Of a DNA stretch of 64,000 nucleotides, positions 55,980 to 64,000 are shown piece after piece. Below the pieces are notes generated by a model. It saw only the letters and a program-made list of their open reading frames with translations. It searched no databases and was not told the DNA's origin. Source of the DNA: Octopus sinensis. Taxonomy: Eukaryota. The position numbers and the translations under genes were made by a program. The stretch covers positions 47,988,001-48,052,000 of the forward strand of contig NC_042997.1 in assembly GCF_006345805.1 (NCBI RefSeq), in the 5' to 3' direction. Position 1 is the first letter of the stretch. Each line of letters starts with the position of its first letter.

Positions 55980-57300
55980 TTTTAATTATTATAAATCCTC
56001 CACTGAGGAGGGAGCCGGTTTCCAACAAAGATACAAGGCTCCATCTTTGGGATGTAGTTAACAAAGACAAATCCACATTTGGAACTTGAGAAAAGTGTTG
56101 CAAATTTTTACTCATAGATTGGACTTGTAATCAGTCTTTCTGAAAATACCAGTTTATGCAGATTCTCCTTTAAGCATTTACTAACAAAACCTAGTGCTCC
56201 AATTAATATTGGTATGAATATGAATTCATAGTCTGGATACAGAAGCTGGAGCTTTCGAAGCACTTTCCTATAGACTTAGATTTTCAAAGAGATATTTATA
56301 TCTGCAGGGCAGCTAACCTCTACGATGGTATATACCTGTTATGCTTACATTTGACAGAAGTTTTGATGGGAATATTCCATCAGTATTCCATGGGTTGATG
56401 TTTATTAATGTATTCCTTAATAGAGATTTTCTAAGTTTATTTCAGGACATTCATTATGCGGATGGCATTGTAAATTGTTTTATCAGCAACATCGTGCAGC
56501 ATAGGGATGTAGTACCGTGACGACATTTTAGGACAGCTGCTAATCACACTCGTGATGTCTTCTACAGAAACATAACATAGCCTACACATGCAGTTGCACC
56601 TTGGCATCACAAGAGCGTCACTGTCTCTCTTGTTCACCAGGGACTTTGTAGCAATCTCCTGCTCCTGAATTGCAAACTCATAGCCTTCAAAGTGTGATGT
56701 GATGTAGTGATCTTGGGTCCAAGAGAGGCTGAGCTTCGTGTCTTCTTCAAGCTTCCGGGCAAAATACCCATACAGGGTCCTTTTTTTTGTACGCTGGGTG
56801 CTTTCCATGCAGGCCTATTCTGAGGTAAGAGAGGTACAGCTGTTTTGGGGTTGTATAGATCATCAGGAAGAGAGCGTTTCTTGAGGAGCCCACTGCCAAC
56901 TCATACAATGTTGCTCACTTCACTTTTTAGCACCGCATTTATATATTTATCTTTGCTGCTGTCGTTTCGCAGGTGTTGCTTGAATAATACCACACTGCAT
57001 TCGAAAGCCGTCTGCACTCATCTCAGGCCTCTATCACCTTCATTTCATCTTAGGTAGAGCCTAATGTCAACATCACTGTTTCTGTGGAAGTTCCCAGCTG
57101 TGGTCAGGATTTTGCGGGTTTTGATATCTATGGAGTGGATTTCCTCTACAGACCAATCAAATATCCCAAATCTTAGGATCAGCACTGGTACTGCAAATAC
57201 ATTGTGGGATATTGTTTAGTTGTAGGAGGAGAGTTCCGACTGCCATATTTTCCTAAGTCTGGTGTAATATTCTCGGGTCCCTCTATCTTTATTTACAGCG
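55980..57300 (-). mobile_element. 5'-truncated R4/Dong-type non-LTR retrotransposon (RT C-terminus, CCHC finger, restriction-like endonuclease, 3' UTR)
   Basis: EYYTRLRKIWQSELSSYN..NVFAVPVL..FGIFDWSVEEIHSIDIKTRKILT..FHRNSDVD.RLYL; FAIQEQEIATK; CRLC..EDITSVISSC..HDVA; IVEVSCPADIN; IGALG; several stops. Confidence 0.88.
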
Positions 57301-57949
57301 CTTTCATATGATACACATGTACACTGAAATAGGCATGTATACGTGTGTGTGTGTGTGTGTAACTATCGTAGTATTACATAAAGCTTACAGTACACTCTTC
57401 CCTATCAATTATTAAAAAAAATATATATAAATGTGTGTGTTTGTTGTGTGTGTGTACGTATGCACTGAAAATTCATTTATGATGTGTATTGCTGTACTTG
57501 TGTATGTGTTTTTATGTATGCATGCAGTTGGGTGTATATATTTTGAAGATAATATGGGGGCATAAATAAATATGTACATGCGCAATGACAACCCTTTAAA
57601 ACCATCTAATGTGAACACATAGATACGTTTGAAAATGTATGTATATGCAGTCGTCATTCACACAAAAGCTAAGATGTATACTGATATTGAAACTAGCGCT
57701 CGCTAGTAGAATAAGTACTTCCTTTAGTAACACATGGCTTATCTGGAAGTTGTACATTGATGTGATATCACGGATATGCAGGTGTTTGAGCAATCTTGTG
57801 TCAATATCTCCACAAAGTCGCCAAACTAATGTAAGTTCAGTTTACACAAATCTTCAACATTCTCCTTAAAATTAATCATTTATTTGAATCACTAAATTTT
57901 ATTTATCGTCGTCGTGTAGTAGCCATGGTAATATATAAACACTTGCTCA

Positions 57950-57982
57950 CATACATACACACACACTCACACGCACATGCAG

Positions 57983-58061
<79 letters not shown>

Positions 58062-58070
58062 TGTGTGTAT
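57950..58070. repeat. (CA)n microsatellite
   Basis: Direct reading. Confidence 0.97.
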
Positions 58071-59595
58071 GTCCTTAGACTAAAATCATTCTATGCGTTT
58101 TATACTATGATCACGTTTAGGAGGTTGTTGATAATATAAATATAAGGAAACATTCTTAAAGATGGGCATCACTGTCTAGACAAGAAATTTGCTGCGAAAA
58201 TGAGTAATTCCATCTAATTCTGCTCCACCGCAAAATGACTTGAATTTGTGCTGTGTTATAACGAAATGATGGCTAATAACTTATAAATAGAATTTGGTCG
58301 ACAGAAGTTCTTCACAAACGTTTGCGTGCATTTGGATGTTAGTGTCTGTATCAGACTTACTTTCAGAGATGTTATCCTACCCATTCATGTACAATTTTAT
58401 TCCACTAATTTACTATTTTTGCTACATACCACAATCAATTAGTTATCTTATGAAATCTACTGATTCTGCTTATACTTTCGTAAAATATTAGCGTGAATGC
58501 CACGACTAACATAGGCCATTTGTAATTTCACTACAAAAATATAAGTCTGAAAGGTCGCTGTCTTTTTAATTTATAAACGGCTGAAAAAAAAATGAAAATA
58601 AAGCAGACATCATATGTTTGTTAGATTCAAGTTATATTTACCAGAATTTGTGAAAGATATCTAAACAATTCTTTCATTTGATTTGCCAAATCTAATAGAG
58701 GAATAGTATTCTGTCATTTTTGTGAATCGTTAAGTTTATTTCGTATGTGTTATTGAGTATCAAAAGTACAGAAATACTTTTTTTATAATACTGAAGTGTC
58801 AGTGAAATGTCTATATTGTCTTATGTTTTGTCGCAATTAAATGTTATTTGTTGCCTTTTCTCTTTGAAATTAGTATATCTAAGACATTTCAAACATTATT
58901 CATATGAATTGGTTTCTAATCTTTTGTTTTCTTCTGATATTTCTGAAGACTTTATTATTAAAAAAAAATGAATTTGAGCAGACGCTTTCAGCTGTTACCA
59001 AGCTTATTATATTTCCAGTCAGTGATGTGTCCATCGTTTCTTTCTTCTATATTTAATCAGCGACGCAAAGCAGAGTTAATATAATCATGGAAGAGGTCAA
59101 GAAAATCCGTAAACCTTTCAAAATGTTGAAAGAAGATCAATCTTATATGTTCTTAATCTGCTGCAGCCTGTGAAAAGTCTTGTGAATTTGGAATGAAATA
59201 TTTATAAAAGTTACTGTTCGTCTCAAAATACTTTATAAATAGTTTCGGATTTATTTTAATAATTCTAAATTCCATTGTAATTTCTAGTTAATAGTAACTT
59301 CACGGCTGGTGTATATTAAGTTGTGGGTGAAATTAATCATGTTTGTCAAATAATGCTGGAGGTCAGGAGCTATATAATTTACATGAGATCCTTTATTAGA
59401 CTGGGATCCTTTAATGTTGTATCAGGTATAAATAAAGGAAATAAATCGACGTCAATTCTGACGGGGTATTTTAGCCAGTTGTGCAATGAACTATCAATTC
59501 TGATGCACTGAAGTGTTAATTAGAAAAACACGCCTCAATTATTTATAGAGGCATCGTTTAAAATTGACGCTTTTTCTATTAATCTACAATGGATA

Positions 59596-59992
59596 TCTTT
59601 ATATATAAAAGTGAGGTTGTGTGGTGTCTGTCTCCTACGATTTAGATTCCTAACTACTCCCACATTTTGCGGTGCAGTTTAACCAAAACCGGGTATCTTA
59701 TCGTCGTGATTCATATCGAGCCCTTCTGGGTATTAGCGCGCGTCTACGATGAGTATACGATTTACAAAACAAATTACCATCAATTTTTCCCATTTTTAAT
59801 GCACTTTTGACATATATAAGGGAAGTAACTCTCTAATAATTTATTATTAAATCTCAGAACGTAAAAAGCTACAGTAACACCCCCTTCCTTTGTGGTTAGC
59901 CATATTGAGATGGCTATCATACTTTACATCTCTAAAATGCTTATATAGTTATTTCCCTTACAAACCCGAGCAACGCCGGGCGATACTGCTAG
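59596..59992 (+). mobile_element. Non-autonomous Helitron (family H2), 397 bp
   Basis: 5' A|TC-TTTATATATAAAAG; subterminal hairpin CCCG-agcaacgc-CGGG; 3' CTAG|T; A-T target with no TSD. Confidence 0.88.
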
Positions 59993-60060
59993 TATGACAT
60001 AAAAGTAAATAGTTTGCAACAAGTTGCTTTGTCTTATCTTCATTTAATATCTACTTCATA

Positions 60061-60251
60061 TCATCATTTGACTGCGGCTATACTGGAATACCTCCACGAA
60101 CTCGTTTTAGTCAAACAAATCGACCCCATTAATTATTTCTCCTTTTAAGTTTGATACTTATTCTATCGTTCTCTTTTGCCGAACCCATAGATTACACGGG
60201 CGTAAATGATGGAGGTGTGAAATGCAGACACATACACACGCATACACACGT

Positions 60252-60282
<31 letters not shown>

Positions 60283-60393
60283 GATACGGCGTATTTGTCC
60301 TGGCTCTTATTTCAATGGAAAATGTGTGAAGATGACTTTAAAATTTCATATATGTGTGTGTGTGTGTGTGTATGTATTATGCATGTATATATG

Positions 60394-60441
<48 letters not shown>

Positions 60442-60465
60442 CATATGTGTGTGTGTATGTATGTT

Positions 60466-60531
<66 letters not shown>

Positions 60532-60600
60532 GAGATTTTCCGTCAACTAAATTCATTCAGAAATCTTTGGTCGGTCCGGGGCTAAAATAGATTATGCTTA
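60061..60600 (-). mobile_element. Diverged SINE family B with an expanded ~300-bp central microsatellite
   Basis: 3' half at 60061-60205; 5'-side segment at 60532-60598. Confidence 0.7.
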
Positions 60601-61169
60601 TTGAACGTACCACATACTAAGGGCAGCGCCTGAAATTACATGGCTGCAAAGTGGGCTTCTTAGTCACCCAGTGATGACTATATGAACACTCTACGAAAAT
60701 TTAGTCTTCCGCAGTGACACTTATAAAAAAAATAGATGATAGGACAAACAACGAAATGTTGTTTATAATTATTTTCATATTATTATCATTATATTAATTG
60801 CTCATTTCATTTCAAAAATAAAGTGGGCAACGTACGAATAGTGAAAAGCAATATTTCATTATTCATACGTTGCCCATAAATCCATCATGCTGAAATAAAT
60901 CTTGCAAAATATTGGCTGTCAATGTTGACTAACTCCCGCCAAAGGGTGTGTTAATATTTTAAATTTTATTAATTCAAACATCTTCAAGTAATTCGAAGTA
61001 TTAGACATTATTGTTCTTAACAGATTAAGTTAGCATCAAGTATATTGTTATGTCTTCTTGTAATGCTCTGAAGTGCTGCTTAAATCTCCTGTATCTTACA
61101 TGTCATAATACATCTGTCTCAATTCCAGACACAAATGGAATTTATCTAATAAAATAGACAGATAGGCTT

Positions 61170-61494
61170 CATATATATATATATAAACACACACTCACAC
61201 ACACACATGTATACATGTTTACATGTTTATGTATGAAACCTACTTGTTTATCTTATATGTCTCTCCCATTATCTTTCTCTCCCTTTCTTTTTATATAATT
61301 TACACATATACACATACATATATGCATATATGTATATATGTGTGTGTGGCTGTGTATACATACATACATACATACATATATACATACGTACATACATACA
61401 TACATAAATAAATATACATACATACATACATACATACATACATACATACATACATACATACATACATACATACATACATACATACATACATACA

Positions 61495-61528
<34 letters not shown>

Positions 61529-61560
61529 CATACATGCATACGTATATGTAATCATGTGCG
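61170..61560. repeat. (CATA)n array with TA/CA flanks
   Basis: Direct reading. Confidence 0.95.
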
Positions 61561-62899
61561 TATGTGTATACTAGAGAAGGAAATATTTACAGATAGTGAA
61601 AAATAAAATTTTCTAAAACTCTTGACTACATAGAAATTATGATACGCTGCTGTTCTGAATAAATAACTGTACACCAAATCTAATCCTCTTTCAGCTTTTT
61701 CGTGCTGTTAGACAATTGGGAAATAGTTGTTTTGTTCTTGAAGCGTTGTTAAAAGAATGTTGAAGGAAGTTTACTACAAATTGATGTATGCTGCCTCTGT
61801 GGCTATTCATTGAATTTATGTTTACTGGCCATCAATTAACTTTGACGTCTGTTATCAATAAACCTCTAATGATAACCGAGTTCAGTGACTTTACCACTTA
61901 GGTCATGCCTACACATCAATAAAATTGATTTATTTTATGAATGCACAAGCTTAATTTTGGTTAAGGGAAAAATATACAATGCAAAAGGCATAAAATGAAA
62001 TTTAGTAAGGAGTCAGATCAAGTGAGGGCCAATAAAATATTGTAGTATATTAGTTCGCGTATATTACTGGTATTTATTTGAGACTTGGGTAGAATATAAC
62101 ATTGACTCAAAGGGAATTTGATTCCAGATCGTTAAGAAGTGAAACTCTATACTATAAAAAAATTATTGCAATTGTCCATTTCTACCAATAAACGCTTGTT
62201 TTGTTTCTAACTTCGTTACTAGCCAAATTACTGAAGAGTAGAAATATATACGACTTTAGTATCGATTTCAGGGAACAACGATGAGCAATATCAAAATTTA
62301 CGAGTGAATATCTAAGTATTCCACAATATATCGTTAACATAATACTGAAGCAAAATGAGAATGACACAGTATATGATGAGGCTGACCTATTGAATTTCAA
62401 GCACAATGCATTCGATTCACAACCGCAAATTTTCTGTCATTCCAATTGCCGAAGTTATTAAGTAATGGAATGAGGCTCAGGACTTTGTGGTTACAGAGGA
62501 AATTTTAAAACATGTCGACACTGTTTTGTTTCGTTATAGTATGTAACCGAGATGAAATGAAAAGTTTGCTCTGATAGCTTCTATTTAAGTCGTGGAAAAG
62601 TGAGACTATTTTAAACACAATAAAACATTTATTCCCGCTTGCTTTCTTGTTTGCCAATGCATCGATTTTGTATACAAATGTGGTATATGATTAGGCTCAT
62701 TGTTAATTTTATAGAGGGAGAGAACTTAAAGAGAGTGCAACAATTACTGGTCCTCATTTTAGTTGGCATATTAAGAGGGAAAACAGAACTGGAAGACTGT
62801 GGCAGCTTAGAAGAACACTGCATAATTCGTCACATTTTGTATAATGTTCTATATATTTTTTCTACCATATAGAGTACAAGCTTGATAGGTTCTCATATA

Positions 62900-63240
62900 T
62901 CTGTTTGTCATTTAATTGCGGCAATGCTGGAGCACTGCCTTGTAAGTTTAGTCGCAAAAATATCAACTGCAGTACTTATTCTATCTGTTTTGTTTTTGTT
63001 TTTTTGCCTTACAGCTAAAATACGTGGATGTAAACCAACAAACACCAGTTGCAAGCAACAGGGACAGCAACCTTTAAGTCACGTAAAGGTTTGCCAGGCT
63101 TCCACACCATTTCTGTCTGCTGAATTTACTCCAAAGGCAGGGTTGACCCAAGGTGATATTACAAAACACTTGTCCAAGGTGCGGCGTAGTGAGACTGGAC
63201 CCGAAACTATGCAGTTGCGAAACGAGCTTTTTAAACACAC
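62900..63240 (-). mobile_element. Highly diverged SINE family B
   Basis: GCGGCAATGCTGGAGCACTGCC, GTACTTATTCTATC and ACACTTGTCCAAGGTGC in the expected order. Confidence 0.65.
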
Positions 63241-64000
63241 ATATGACTAAGCGATGGAACGCGGGGACTGGTAGATAGATGATAGTATATTTAAGGTTTT
63301 GACATATAAAGCATATGTAGGACTAAATATTTGGTGAATTTGATATTATATTAGTCAATGACTAATCATATTTATTGATGTTTTTTTCCGAAAATAGTGG
63401 AGAAAATCAGGCCATATTTCAGTCTCAGTTTGACCTCATCACTGAAGCACGTCCGTCATCGTACTTGCCAAAGCAATAAGGAGAGAAATACTAAGCAACT
63501 GTACATAAGATGGTGTTAATAGAGATTAATAGAGGTACTACACATTTATTGTACTAAATCATGTATGTCAGAAGATAAAATGCTGAAATACATGAAATTC
63601 TTTAGTACAAAGCTCTTGCCATACACCAGCGTCCCCACCAAGAACAGTATTGTTTACTAAGAAATAAATCAAAGGATATCAGCAATTTCATTCATGTCGA
63701 AACTTAAATAAAATTAGTGTTTATGTGTTGTTTAAATTAGCAAATGAACGCCGTTGGGAAATAAATCATTACATAAAAATCTAAAGCATACGGGAGCATG
63801 AAATAGGAGGTTGTACACGGCAGGCAAGCATTCATTGCAAAGTAGTCGTTTCTGTGTAATCAATAATAATTTTTAATATTCCTCTATCTGTCCATTCATT
63901 TTCACCAACCACTTTTCATGGAGTGGGTTATCGTGGGGTGGAGTTAGTTCTCAGGCCCCTCATCCATGGTGTCCTACCATCACATAGGATCCTAACCATC

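Overview
AT-rich, microsatellite-saturated eukaryotic DNA with no confidently identifiable host gene. It is most likely an intronic or intergenic region of an octopus (coleoid cephalopod) genome; this is inferred from the SINE families and the repeat landscape. Nearly all ORFs in the supplied track are translated simple repeats. Recognisable content: two abundant tRNA-derived SINE families (one as 1-, 2- and 3-unit multimers), a third tRNA-SINE, a 5'-truncated R4/Dong-type LINE, a Penelope-like (PLE) GIY-YIG fragment, an internally deleted mariner-type transposon, three non-autonomous Helitron-like elements and a possible MITE. The most striking signal is a set of type I hammerhead ribozyme (HHR) motifs from at least five unrelated sequence families. 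Most lie in head-to-head inverted repeats (26786-26973, 27169-27506, 27517-27835, 32464-32855, 44903-45776) whose outer ends run into (TA)n or AT-rich tracts. Three of these modules are adjacent within about 1 kb. Coordinates were read by eye and may be off by a few bases.
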